DNA of 59,162 bases, filler included, from Platydemus manokwari (lineage: Eukaryota), in assembly GCA_037951405.1 (NCBI GenBank). It is 6 parts of 6 records of this genome, joined end to end, with 100 filler letters (N's around TTAATTAATTAA, not from the genome) between each part and the next. Parts side by side here need not be neighbours in the genome. Positions count along the whole stretch, not along the records: positions 1 to 9,391 come from JBBMOY011255429.1; positions 9,492 to 19,671 come from JBBMOY011160659.1; 4 more parts are not named here. One strand, given 5' to 3'. The first letter of the stretch is position 1. Every line of letters starts with the position of its first letter. The position numbers were made by a program, and so were the translations under genes. Under the pieces are notes generated by a model. The model saw only the letters and a list, made by a program, of their open reading frames with translations. It made no database searches and had not been told where the DNA came from. Shown in pieces: positions 1 through 12,228 of this stretch.

Positions 1-489
1 TGATTTGCTACAGCACACACACAAGTGTTTACATCTGGTGTCAAATTCCGGTTATTAAGTTATAGACCCAATATATAATCATCAATTTCATCGGCTTGTT
101 TTAGAAAATCTTCAAAATTATTTCTTAAGTGGTTTAATAATTATATGGTCTAGTTTTTAGACCAAAGACCTAGTTTTTCTTAATGTTGAAATATTCTTTT
201 AAAATAATTTATCAAAGTTTATCTTTTTAAATTTAATTTTTGTGCTTTAGTTCTACTAAAAAGGAATTCAAAGAAAGTCTAAATAATGTCATCATTCAAA
301 ATTTATTTGATAAAAGCGACAATATTAGTTGGAGGTGATTTTCTTTTTTATGATTTTCCAAATAAACTGGGAAATTTCTCACGAATCTCTGAGATATCAT
401 TTAACGGAAATAATGTGACAAATTGACTTTTATGTATAACGAGTAATGTAAATCAACAAATCATTATTAATTTGTAAAATGTTTATAAT

Positions 490-720
490 TACGTCATGTG
501 ATTGGATAAGAGTAATTTTGAGCTGGCATGTTTGTGACATTATCCTTATCCAGAAGAACACATAAAGCAGATATATACAATGTTGTAATGAAGTGTTTAT
601 TGAGACATGATTCGAAAATTGAAAAGGTAGTTTAGATTGAACATATATAGTTAGTTGACATATGATTTTGTAAAGTTGTTTGTGAAATTAGTAAAAGTAG
701 TCATCCAATTTTATGGTATG
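490..720 (+). mobile_element. Possible hAT transposase relic
   Basis: Frameshifted translation YPEEH/KADIYNVVMKCLLRHDSKIEKVV*I resembles the hAT segment HT..I...V..CL....I..KV..IVTD. Very degraded. Confidence 0.25.
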
Positions 721-1899
721 AATCAAGAAGATCTTTATTCAAAAGAAAATAACAAAAGATGTTACAAAAATGGTGAATTACCTCATTAGTCGTGACTTGA
801 ATTTTGATCGGTTCCTGTAATTTTCTTGAAACATTTGAGGAAATAGTATTAATAGATGATAAAAGGAAAATGTTGGAAATATTTCCGCAAATGGAATTTT
901 CTATTGATTAATTTTAAGTTAATGAAATCACTCGGAATAGTTATTCTAAATTTGATTAGAACATCTAATGCCTGCGAGCAATTGTCTTCAACTTTGATTG
1001 TTATCAGACAGAAGAAACAAGCTTTCAGGTAACTTGAGTGCTGCATGCGTTGCAGTCAAATTAACGAAATGTAAGCCATCGATTAACAAGTGATCTGAGT
1101 GTTCTCAATAGCAGATATCTCATTGATTTAATAATCGTCGAAACTCTTTGTGATTCAACACTTGATAAGAAAAATTATTAAAAAGCTCATAATGAGTTTC
1201 TATTTATTTGAAAAGTAAGTGTAATGTTTAAAACCTACCTCATTGAAATAGATGAATTCGTTTCGGAATGCAATTGTTGCACGCAATCTCTAATTCATCA
1301 ATGGAATACCTTTCAGTATCTTGAACTGTTACACAGTTGACATAAATATGCCATTCCTAATCTTTTAGCATGATCTTAACTAGTCAATGCTATCAGTATC
1401 CATGTACTCCCTGCTTCACTCCTATCCCTAACCTGTGATATCCTGCAAGGAACCATAATGCAAAGTAATCTTATGTAATCAGTAATTTTAATCTATTAAA
1501 ATGTCATCAAACGAGTATTTATATGAATCAAAATAATTTCAGTCAAATAATATGGTTATAATAAGCTACCCAATTTAATACTAAGTTTAATCTTAAAATT
1601 AGCAACGTATCATTGGAATTCGATTTGTATTATCGTATAATTGATTTAATATTATATATTTTTGATTATTGTTGTAGTAATAAAGCTTGCTTGTTTTTAT
1701 TCTTATTGATTTGTAAAGACAAACTGTAAATTGAAAAGAAACTGTTTTTGGTGAGGATATCGTCATAACATAATTCCGTATTACATTAAATAGAAATAAT
1801 GACATCAAAATCATAACATTATAATTCATATTAAGACCATTCGTTACAAGCTTTCCAAAATTAAAGATAATAAGAAATATATCAGATCAACAGTTTATT

Positions 1900-2640
1900 T
1901 GCTGTAATAAAAAATGTTACAAGAAAAATAACAGTAGAAATATTGTAGTTTTTCGTTCATTAGATGAATTTATAAAAAAGATTGTCTTAATTTTAAAGTT
2001 TTTTTAATTTTCTAATTTAAATAACATTTAGATAAATTTATGTTTATAAAATAAATCAATAAAAGGTCCAATTTGATAAAGAAGAAAACTTTAGGAATAA
2101 CTTGGAGAGAAACTACGGAAAGTATGAATACCTGGTAGTTCAAATAGCTAGGCAATGCAGAACTTCAGTGAGTGTTTATGTGTTGAACGTTGGTTGTTTA
2201 TGATCATGGGATCCACAGAATGATGGATTCTTGAGACGAATTGGGCTAGATAGTAAGAGTTCAAATGAGTTCGCTTCAATCCTCGATATTCTATTATAGA
2301 ATCATATATTTTATTTAGACCTCATATAGCGAAGGAAGCTAGTCCTCCAATAAATAGATCCAGCAATCTTCGTTTTCCATTTGCTGAATTTCTTCGTAGA
2401 TCGGTTTGCTTGAAATTTTCCTAATATATTTCATGTTATAGACAGATATTTGAGTTTGCTGCTATTTATAGGTATGTGCCTCTCGATTCTTAGCTTCTAA
2501 ATATGGATTATTATTAGAGCGAATCTGATTGGCTACTAGCACATGTGCTTATCGTATCTGTGTGTGTCGACCCTTTTTAGCGTTATTTCTTTGGTTCTTG
2601 TAACCCTTTTGATTGATTTGTGATCCACCTAACACCGGCA
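1900..2640 (-). repeat. Diverged interspersed repeat, possibly a solo LTR; related copy at ~17700-18050
   Basis: ATCATGGG..GGATT..AGACGAATTGGGCTAGATAGT (~2204-2254) resembles ATCATGGG..GGATT..AGACGAAGTTGGCTAACTAGT (~17887-17943). A minus-strand TATAAATA lies at ~2463-2470 and TGTTA/TAACA ends at ~1915/2634. No TSD found. Confidence 0.3.
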
Positions 2641-2899
2641 TGTATTGTTGAGTGCAACCCTATAATAAGTTAGTATTAAATATACAAATAAAAAATTTCC
2701 AAATTTTACTGACTCATAATAAATACAAAGAATATTATTTTATCCAAAAATAGAATTAAGAAAATACGAAAATAGAATTAAAATAAATTATTTACTAACT
2801 ATAATAAACATAGAAATAATGGAATAAAAATGATAATAATAAATACTAATAATAGGATAAATAACTAATTAGAAAATACTAAAAAAGAAACGAGACAAA

Positions 2900-3170
2900 A
2901 ATAAAATCACCCTTTACGAAGTCTAACTAGTTATTCAAATAATAATCGAATTTTGCGAACCTTATTCACTCTTTACAAATTTATCATCTGTGAAGCCTTG
3001 GAAATCAGAATCAGACAGGCCATTCTTAAACCCAGTTTAACTAAAGTATAAATAATTCATAAAATCATCTCTAAACTGAACGCCAAACTTTGTGGTTACG
3101 GGGAAATTATGCCTAACCAACTTTAAGATATTCTGCAAACTAGGACCCTTACGAATACAGTCATAAATGA
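2900..3170 (-). mobile_element. Possible Penelope-like element relic
   Basis: Translation IRKGPSLQNILKLVR resembles the Penelope RT/GIY-YIG linker (R.PNL.DILVR), followed by stop-riddled sequence. Confidence 0.22.
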
Positions 3171-6148
3171 AAACCCTTAAAATATTCATTTATATTAAAT
3201 AAAATATTGTTATTGATTATTATTGATGTGGTTTATTATATTAAGTTTAGTTATTATATTCAGTAACGTTAGCTTGAATTCGATAACGGATATTGAAGAC
3301 CACGTTACTGGCAAATAGTAGGAACTGAAATAGTCTAAAGGCTTATAAAGCTAAGTGGTTTTATTAATTAACGAATATAATGGTTTAATTTTAATAACGA
3401 AAAGACTGATTTTGGTTTTGAAAACAAATCTAAAATGGATTGTATAAATTACTAGTTATAATTTCGCAACTGATTGCAATCGCATGTATCTGTGATATTG
3501 TAAAACTCGCAAGACAGAAAAATGTTAACATTAGTTGAAAATATAACAAAAAATGTATCAATATTCAGCGCGTCTTGAAAGCAAGTGGCTGATAATTCGA
3601 ATCGGGTGGATTAAAGGTCAATGTAAAGGAAATGTTAATTACGGTAAAGTTTAATATAGTCAATGATTAATAATGTATTTGATGATCATATAAATAAATT
3701 ATTACAATAATAAAACTTTAGTTTAAAATATTAACAAAATTTAAAAAGTTAACAAAAAATTAAGATACTCCTTTCAAATTTCGCCCGGTTTTCCGATGAA
3801 TGGTTTAACAATTGCTCATGAAAAATATCTCCCAATGGTAATCGATAAATTTATCAGAATGCCTTATTACTGTTGTCACAGGTGTAGTATAATAGTGTGA
3901 TTATGTGTAAGTGTGTTTGGATCAACCACTGCATGTGTATTTATAGTGATCAATTTTTTATTCGTATGTTATTATTCATGGACTCTCTGTATTTCCATAA
4001 TAATCCATCTGTTAATTTATGAATTATTCTAATATGTTTTGTTTACTTAATGATATTTTCGTGAATTTTTTCAATGTCTTAGGTACTTTGTAATGTGTTT
4101 TATTTAACCTCATTTATGTCTTTTCTGTGACCTTTCTAATGTACTATTATTTATTTTATTTTATTATTAATTATTACATTTTTTAATGTTAATTATTATA
4201 ATATATGATTTTTGCCGAATTAACAAAATCGACCTTTTTCCTCCTTGCAATATAAATAATCAATAAAATAAAAAATAATATTGTTGAATAATATTCACAA
4301 CATCAATAAATAATATTCACAATAACATTGTTAATCAATTATTGTCAACAATTTAAAATTCTTGATCACTCTCGATTCATCAGCTCAGTTGTCCGACCTT
4401 GCTTCTTCTGTATCCATGTTAAGGAGTTGTATTGTTATGTTATTATAATGGGTTTGTAATGGGTTGGCATTATATCATTGTATGTGTGATGTGATATAAT
4501 ATTTACACTGTGTGGAATAATATTTACAGCGTTATAAAATTTTGGTAGGAGATCCAAACAGCGCTATGAAAATAGAACTCCAAAATAATCAGACTACCTT
4601 CTATCCAACAATATTATTGTGAGCATTCAGCAAGTCTATAATACTCCATTCGTGTAACCGATGCTTTAACAACAAATTCCAATTTCAAAGAACTTCATGC
4701 CGGTATTTTCATCATTGCTGAATAATAAAATCAATTCAGAAATACTTATTTTTTTGTTAAATCTGTTGATTAAATTTTTAGTTTGAATTTTATTAAATTT
4801 ATTCCAAAACATTGAAACCTGGGTTGACATTTGAAAATGATATTAAAGAATTTATCAAAACCTTTATTTGATTTTTAAAACATTTCTAATCTAGTTCTCA
4901 CTGGTAAAGCCCACTTCGAAATATATTTGATATTATGTTTATTTAGTGTCATGATATTTATTCATATCGAATTGTACGATAAATTATCCAATTGAATCAT
5001 GGAAATCATTTTAATATACTGTCTGGACACCAGGTCAAGGCAGTTGACAAGAAACAGGGTTTTAAACCCATCAAATGAGTTGCATCTCATTATTTTCTTC
5101 GTCAATGTTTCAAACCCGAACAAACGACAATTCGAGGCATATCAAATATCAAATTGAACATCTTATCAAATCAATATTGAAAACAAATATAACGTTCCAC
5201 AAAATTCATAGCAACTGAAAGTGTTGTATCGAGATCAGTTTTGAATTACATCCAGGACAATCGAACTGTTACGGTAAATGTTCAATAATAATAATAAGAC
5301 TAGAGCGTGATGTTAATTTTTAATAAAAATTATCACTTCATTTTACAAGGGTACATCATGTGATAAATATCATTTCGCTTTCGGAATAGAAGAATACTCA
5401 TTTTAATTTGGTAAGTTTAAATTTTTTTCCTTTTTCTTTTAATCATTAAAATAAATAAATAGTTGTTATAAATGTTAACGACCTATAATGAATTGTAAAT
5501 TCAATTAAACACATTCACTCGTCAACATATTAAACGTTGTTAAATAACTCAATTCCTATCTGAAGACTTAATGGATTAGATAAACAAATGCCAACTAAAA
5601 ATCGTAACACACACAAACTCGCACACATACACTCTTGACAAACACATGTTTACCCATCAATTTAAAAATTGATAAACATAAATAAAACAAAAAATGAAGA
5701 CTAATATATTTATCACAGTCTTTATTTTTAATACAAAAAATAAGCTCCAAAAGGATATGGAGCGAGAATATCTACACAATATATTGACAACTGTTTGAAA
5801 AATGACATTTTTTTATTGAAATTTTTGCACACAACGGGCACTGCAGGGCAACTTGAACCAATAAATGGGATGCAAATCACATTTATAATTGGCATTTTTT
5901 TTAATAGAACAATTATTCACAAATGGAAACCACGAGAATAGTTTAACAAACATAATAAAATAATATTAATTATTGTTTTTATCATGCGATTATTATTATT
6001 ATTATTATTATTATACACAGAAAAATATATTGATTATTTTTTGGAGAAAAATGGATGGATCAATAAAATTTTTCAAATAACAAAACTTATGATTTTTGCA
6101 GTGATATATGGAAGCCTACAACAGCCATAACGAAGTTTAAACACAAAT

Positions 6149-8889
6149 TCATTCAATTCTCGTTGTTGTCGTTGTTGTGGCAGAGGCGGCGGCGGCAGCG
6201 GCAGCAGCAGCAGCAGTGGTTGGTAGATTGTCGAATAAAAACCGTTCTTTCAATAAACTGTTCAATTTTCTTTTACCGCGATGCGAATGTCGAATGCTAT
6301 CGATAAGTTGCTTGAATTTGCACATGCCACCAGGCACTATCAAGAGGAAGACATCACGAGCTTTGCAGAGAAATTCCAGGAAATCATTGTAATGTCGAGG
6401 ACTTATATTGGCCAATCGAAGTTGGGTGCTGCTAAAAAAGGCTTCAACTGTAGCATTCAACAATAATTGCAGAGGTGGTTCCGATACGCTAAGGAAGACT
6501 TTGAACGATGAATTGGTGGTCGTACGTCGATTGGTGTCATTTGGATCGTGAGGCTGATGTGCTAGAATCGGTGATAGACGACACCGGTGCAAGATCTCGG
6601 CCAAAAGCAAAGGTGCCCGAACTTTCCTTACGAGTTGACTCATCATTTCTGACAAAGCCTCGGTACCGAGACTGTGAGCGAGCATACAGGCCCATGAGAT
6701 GTCATGATCAGTAGCTACAGGACATACGTCTTGTACTTCAACGGGTTGTAAATAATTTATTGCGAATAAGGCCAATGCGTAGGCTTTACGTCGATTGCTT
6801 CTCGGCTCTAAATATCTGCCCAGGGAAAATAATTCACCTGGACCAATTGCTCCACGTTCTGCTGCATCGTAAATGGCCTGATAGGTCGCTTCGAACATAT
6901 GTGGATCTTTCTCGGATAAACTCAGTGCTCGCATCCCACAATGCAGAGGGTCCTTTGATGCAGCCTAGATATAAAGTTCAACTAATTTACACAATTTATA
7001 TCGGTTACCTCCAAGGCCATTTTTCTGACTTCTCTTCGAACTCGCTCATCTTGTGTAACAGAGATTTGGCCATTGGATGAATGGTGAGAATGTGATTCAA
7101 CGATAACTCTTGACAAACCCGGTGTAGGACCGAGAAGCGTAGATGCAACTTGCAAAACGGCTTCTTTCGGTGTGATGTAATGGCGCCAATTTGACACCAG
7201 GTGCAAAATACCGACTGTTCCGACTGGTACTGCACAACTGATGAGCCACTGGACCATTTCTCGTCGTCGCCAATGCGACCGTCGCAATGTGCGGCTGGCA
7301 ACATTGAGAGCCAAATGGAAAACCGCACAACGTAAATGCGCATTCATGAAACATTTGGAACAAATTTCTTGAGACAATTTAAACAAACTCGTCGAAGAGT
7401 GAATGTGTCTGTCACAGATTTTCAGTACTTGATCTAATCTTTGGCTGGAATCGCGAGCTGCTTGAACCATGGTCAAAGCGAGTTCACACTGTGCTGCTTC
7501 TACACGTCTCAATACAGGCCACCTGCCATTAATCGAAGTCGTGATTAAAGGCGGGTTTGGTAAAGACTGAGAAAGTGGTGGCTGAGTTTGTACAGATTGT
7601 ATTTGTGATAAATGGAATTGTGGCCGTATCGATTCTGTCATTCGTCGATATGGTGGTGGTGGTAGCAAAAGCTGATCTTCTGGGTGCTGATCGGAATGAT
7701 TTTCAAGAATGGGCAATCTCATTGCTCGACGAACGAGACTGTAGGCGAGATCTTGATTGATTGAAAGAAGCCATTTGAAAAAGAAATTCCCAGTACAATG
7801 CATCGGATAAGCATTTGGGGGTAAATTGGGTGATAGAGCACTATTTGTGACACAATTCAATTCGGCCTGTAAACATTGGACTAAAATCAGACTCAATTCC
7901 GGATCGAATTTTGGCAATGATGATAACAGTTCGAGCAATCGTGATTCTTGATTGAGACATCGTTCTTGTTTATGTTTATCAGGTGGCATGCAACGCTCTT
8001 GACACAGAGCCAAAACAGCGATTCGTAATGATAAATTGAGATAAGATCTATCGGGCAAATCAGTAGCTTCAATACTGACATGATCATATGATGCCGATGA
8101 AGGTGATTTGTTGATATTGGCACATATTTGTTGAGATTGATTGGAAGATGTGTCTCCACGACTGACCTCAAGGAGACATTCGACTAGAATTTTTATTGGA
8201 TTTCCCACGATCCCCAACCACCCTGATCGTAAGAATGGAGTGGTGGAATTTGTGATTGGTTGAGATGGTTGATGGGATAAAGTTGAATTGAGACTATAAT
8301 CAATGTTGGATGAAAGTAATGGTGGCTTCGATGGTGGTGGCCACAACGGTGAGCATGACTGTACGAAACAATTGGAGGTAGAAGATTTATTCGTTATTAT
8401 AGTAGTGGTTGGTGGTTTGATGGTAGTATATGTGGATGGAAGTGGTGAAGACACTACTGAATCGGTGGAAGACACTGATACTGCCGCCAGAATATCTGTT
8501 GATTTGATAAATGATTCTGATAAAGGAAGCTCACAGGTTGGCCGTTCGGAATCATTTAGATTTTCTGTTAGATCTGTGCATTTCGAGTATTTTTGAAGGA
8601 GACAATTGAAGGAGGATATTGAGGCCGGTTTGGGATCGTTGGTTGAGGAATTTTCCAGACAACAACAACAAGGCTGAATAGCTGGAGTGGTTGGTTCGGA
8701 TGGTTTTGTAGACCGTGATTGAGTGGTGATTTGAGGACGTTGCCCAATCAAATATCGACAAATCGATAAGGCGAGCTTGACTGCTTCATTGTTCAATCCA
8801 TTGCTACGTAAAGCAAGAACTCTCAAACATGACAATGGAAGTTGTTCTGGCCAAATATGCTTGACGTCATCTTTATCATTCAAAATCTC
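6149..8889 (-). CDS. ZSWIM4/5/6: ZSWIM4/5/6-family protein, last two coding exons (5' part beyond the contig end)
   Basis: Exon 8889-7009 (1881 nt) follows acceptor cttttcag. A 44-nt GT-AG intron spans 7008-6965. Exon 6964-6149 ends in TGA. The spliced junction reads KMALE|AASKDPLHCGMRALSLSEKDPHMFEATYQAIYDAA, matching the recalled ZSWIM4/5/6 motif [39 protein letters not shown]. Further family motifs: HIHSSTSLFKL, WRRREMVQWL, ISPRHYNDFLEFLCKAR. Confidence 0.9.
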
Positions 8890-9391
8890 CTGAAAAGAAA
8901 ATGATATATAATGAATGATTTCATTATTCACTTCATTAAAACATCTTTCGTATAATAAAAACAAAATCACCGAAACTGACAAAATGATGTTTATAGATTG
9001 AAGTTTCTGATAATAAAGTTGGAGACTGTTTTAGAATTATTTATATAAATAATATTAATATAATATTGATTCACCAATTATCGATTAGTAGATAATTTCT
9101 AAACTTACATAGTTATGAAAATGTAAATAAAGAATTCATTTCGATGATAAACTCTCTCTGTATACAATATCCTAGAAATGTCAAATTATAATAAATATGA
9201 AAACGTTATCAAGAGTAAATTTCAAATGAAAAAAAAATCATTATTTTTCAATGACTAGAGAGATAATAAAACTATTACTAAAACAGATAAAACAAAACAC
9301 GAAATTAAAACATCTTAAATTTTCATTAGATTTCCTGTTCTGCAACTTAATTTTGCTTTATCCAGTAGTTGGATAGAAAGATGAAATAAAT

Positions 9392-9491
9392 NNNNNNNNN
9401 NNNNNNNNNNNNNNNNNNNNNNNNNNNNNNNNNNNTTAATTAATTAANNNNNNNNNNNNNNNNNNNNNNNNNNNNNNNNNNNNNNNNNNNN
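9392..9491. other. Artificial contig linker (44N-TTAATTAATTAA-44N)
   Basis: Exactly 100 nt; the central 12-mer gives stops in all six frames; identical to the other four linkers. Confidence 0.98.
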
Positions 9492-10019
9492 TTTATTACC
9501 ATTTTTAAATGGAAATTTGGTTTTGAAAGGTTGAAATGACTTATATCACTTTCATAATCAAGGGCTCATTTATAATTGGAGTATTTTCTTCAAAATAAAA
9601 ATCACCTCTTTCCTGTATTACTTGCCCTTCCCGAACTACTTGGATTCAAAACTTATACCAATTTATTCGTTAACATTTCATAATGTTTTCCTAAATTATT
9701 ATGACCAATATCATAAAAATAAATTATAAAAACCTTCTAACTCTTATATTTTTATCGGACATAATAATCTATTTTTCCTAAATTATTAATCTAGAATCTA
9801 CAGTCATTTCTAATAACCTTTATTTTCTACTTTATCGTTTATTCGTCGAAAAAAAATTTATATAATTTATTTAATTAATTATCTAAATATCTATTTAAGT
9901 GCATTGAAATTGAAATTTAAGCATCGTATGAGTAAAAACATCAGTTGCTTCCATTAAATTTATTTACTTGAAAATCACCCCCGTTTTTTCAATATTAAAA
10001 AAAAACTAATTTGTATCTA

Positions 10020-10320
10020 ACTTCTCTCTCCCCTTGTTTTTGAGATCCTTTTTAGATCTTCAATTCTTTGAGGTTTTGGCTGTCCATGGAAATCAATAAG
10101 TACAGTATGTGCACTTAAAAATTTCAAATTTCTGTGGGAACCTTTAAAACGATCTTGGTTTTTCTATATCTTGGTTGGTTCTTTCTTTTCTAAAACCTTT
10201 TTTCCAAGTTCGAAAATTCTACAACCTCTTTTTGAGCATCGAATTTCTTTAAGTTTGTGGATACTGATTTTAGCTGGTCTTCCATTTCTTTGATGATCTC
10301 GTTGTGGTATCTTAGTTCAT
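10020..10320 (-). mobile_element. Gypsy-type integrase C-terminus plus polypurine tract fragment
   Basis: Clearly alignable with 15550-15840 (e.g. CCCTTGTTTTTGAGATC..TCCATGGAAATCAATAAG vs CCCGTTGTTTTTGAGATC..TCCCTGGAAATCAAGAAG). GPY/F-like RFKGSHR; minus-strand PPT GGGGAGAGAGAAG at ~10021-10033. Confidence 0.6.
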
Positions 10321-10814
10321 TAATTCTTATCAACGATGAGATAATGCTTAAAGTTCACCAAAGGCTTACAGTCCATGATTCCCATTACGAGATGAGAGTC
10401 ATAATAGAATCAAAGATAATCAAAGAGACACCAAAACCTCTGAGAGAATGTATTATTCAATCGTTCCAATTAAACAAGACTATTAAAATTAGAAATGAGC
10501 ACTATAACAGCAACTCGGAAGCTATAAGCCTAATGTAGTCAAAAGAAGTTTTAAGTGGGGACCTCAACTATAAGTCAATTTAGATTTATTTATAACACAT
10601 GTAGTGACAACCTTCCCATTCTAAATAAAAAGTACTTGGCACACAGAAAATGCTTATATTAAGTGGAATAGCAAGCACAAGTTTTCACCTATTGCAAACT
10701 ATCCCACTCTTTTATACCTTGTCGACACAGCAGAATTGCAATTCTTATTTGAATTTTTCAAACTGAAGTTGTATATTTGTGGTATCAAAAAAAAGTAAAT
10801 TGGAATAAAGTTGG

Positions 10815-11216
10815 TGAGAATTTAACGGAGTTTATTATATATGCTTATGAAGTAGATGAAGGATATATAATGCACATGGATGAAGAGAGAGATAAATATA
10901 GACAGATTGAGATAAACGAAAAATAGGATATTAAATGATTTCATAATATAATGAATAGCGATAATAATTATCAGAATAATGAGTGTTGAATAAGGTGAAT
11001 GATTACAGATGTGTTGTTTTTGGAAATAATCCAAATTTTTATATTAATATAAAAATTGTAACTTGCTACTATTTTATAAAACACCCATTGGAAATGAACT
11101 AAAAAGTCACGACACCAAGTTATATATTTATATACATTTATAAAAATAAATAAATATTTTCTAAATATTTGATTAAGAATGTTTTTAAATTTTCCTTTTT
11201 TAAAAAATTCTCCACA
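10815..11216. repeat. Copy of a non-coding interspersed repeat family with inverted ends (MITE-like)
   Basis: Starts GTGAGAATTT and ends AAATTCTCCAC. Its core (11061-11135: GCTACTATTTTATAAAACACCCATTGGAAATGAACTAAAAAGTCACGACACCAA) matches 35905-35960 and the reverse complement of 38160-38225. Confidence 0.6.
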
Positions 11217-11882
11217 CATTATTTGTAAAAAAGTAACAGCACGTACCTTGTGTAGTTATGTACAAGTTTTAAGATTGTTTTTTAATATCAAATCATTGTC
11301 AGTATAGTTTTTATAAGCAGGGACTTAATATTGATGTTGATCACTTCTCACATTTTGCATTCTTATTTTTGTTGTTGCTGTTACCTTATTTATATTGAAA
11401 ATTTGTATTTACATATCAACAGAAATTTCATACTATGATTCTTTTATACTGAACTTACATGTAGCGAACGACATTAGACAACCTGTATCCAATTTACTTG
11501 TAATATATCGTGCTCATTTTAATTAATTTATGTAGTTCAATAATTGCATTCACTCGATCACTTTATATTTTTGGTGTTTGTGTTAATTCCTTTTCATTAA
11601 AACACAATTAAAACAACAGAAAATATATTTATTTATTACAAATTTATCAAATATAACAATGAAAATAAAATAAAAAATAAATTAAAATAAAATAAATAAA
11701 TATTCTAATAAAATAATATCAATGTGATTTATTTTAGAAATAGAATGTGAAATATTTTTCTATATTAATATTTTCCAATTAAAATTATCAAAAATAAATT
11801 CATCATTAATAATTTATAAAAATAGCTTTTAAATATTTTAAAAATTATGAAAAACAAATTTTAAAATAATAAAAATATTTAC

Positions 11883-12228
11883 CATAGCAACAGATGATAA
11901 TATATCGAATACTGTTTGAATTATATTGAGATACATACGTTTCAGAATATGGATGGAAAAAGCATTTATTTTTCGTATATGTAAAACTGAAACATCCGTT
12001 TCTTTTAATACAAAAATCAAAGCATTCCTTGATATCATTTGGACGAAAATCCATGAAATGATTTTCCATATTTGAGACTGTGATATTGATCCATAAAAGA
12101 ATAGGGCAGTCATAATTATTTTCTTTGGGAAATTTGCAGGTCTTGTCAGTCAAATTTGCATTTTGATCCGAAATGATCGGATCATAAAAGCAAAATGAAA
12201 TCAAAACTATGTATAAATATGATGCCAT
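11883..12228 (-). CDS. Small secreted PAN/Apple-domain protein, exon 1 (3' exon uncertain)
   Basis: Hydrophobic N-terminus MASYLYIVLISFCF, then the PAN-type pattern ECFDFCIKRNGCFSFTYTKNKCFFH (C-x3-C-x5-C-xSFxY-x4-C). Good phase-1 donor G|gtaaat at 11882; the ORF-track tail KYFYYFKICFS is probably intronic. Confidence 0.6.

Noticed and set aside
849-1046. ORF with INRKFHLRKYF, faintly Penelope-like; also a YGLN-like end at ~14830
   Set aside because: Single short motifs only; insufficient to call.
4355-4390. Minus-strand CTGATGA suggesting a hammerhead ribozyme
   Set aside because: Only a 3-bp stem II, no proper GAAA box, and no convincing stems I or III.
6177-8761. Multiple overlapping and antisense ORFs within the ZSWIM exons
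   Set aside because: Expected shadows of a long, relatively GC-rich coding region; no recognisable motifs.
9436-9447. TTAATTAATTAA recurring about every 10 kb as a possible biological repeat
   Set aside because: Always centred in N runs of fixed length; it is a synthetic linker.
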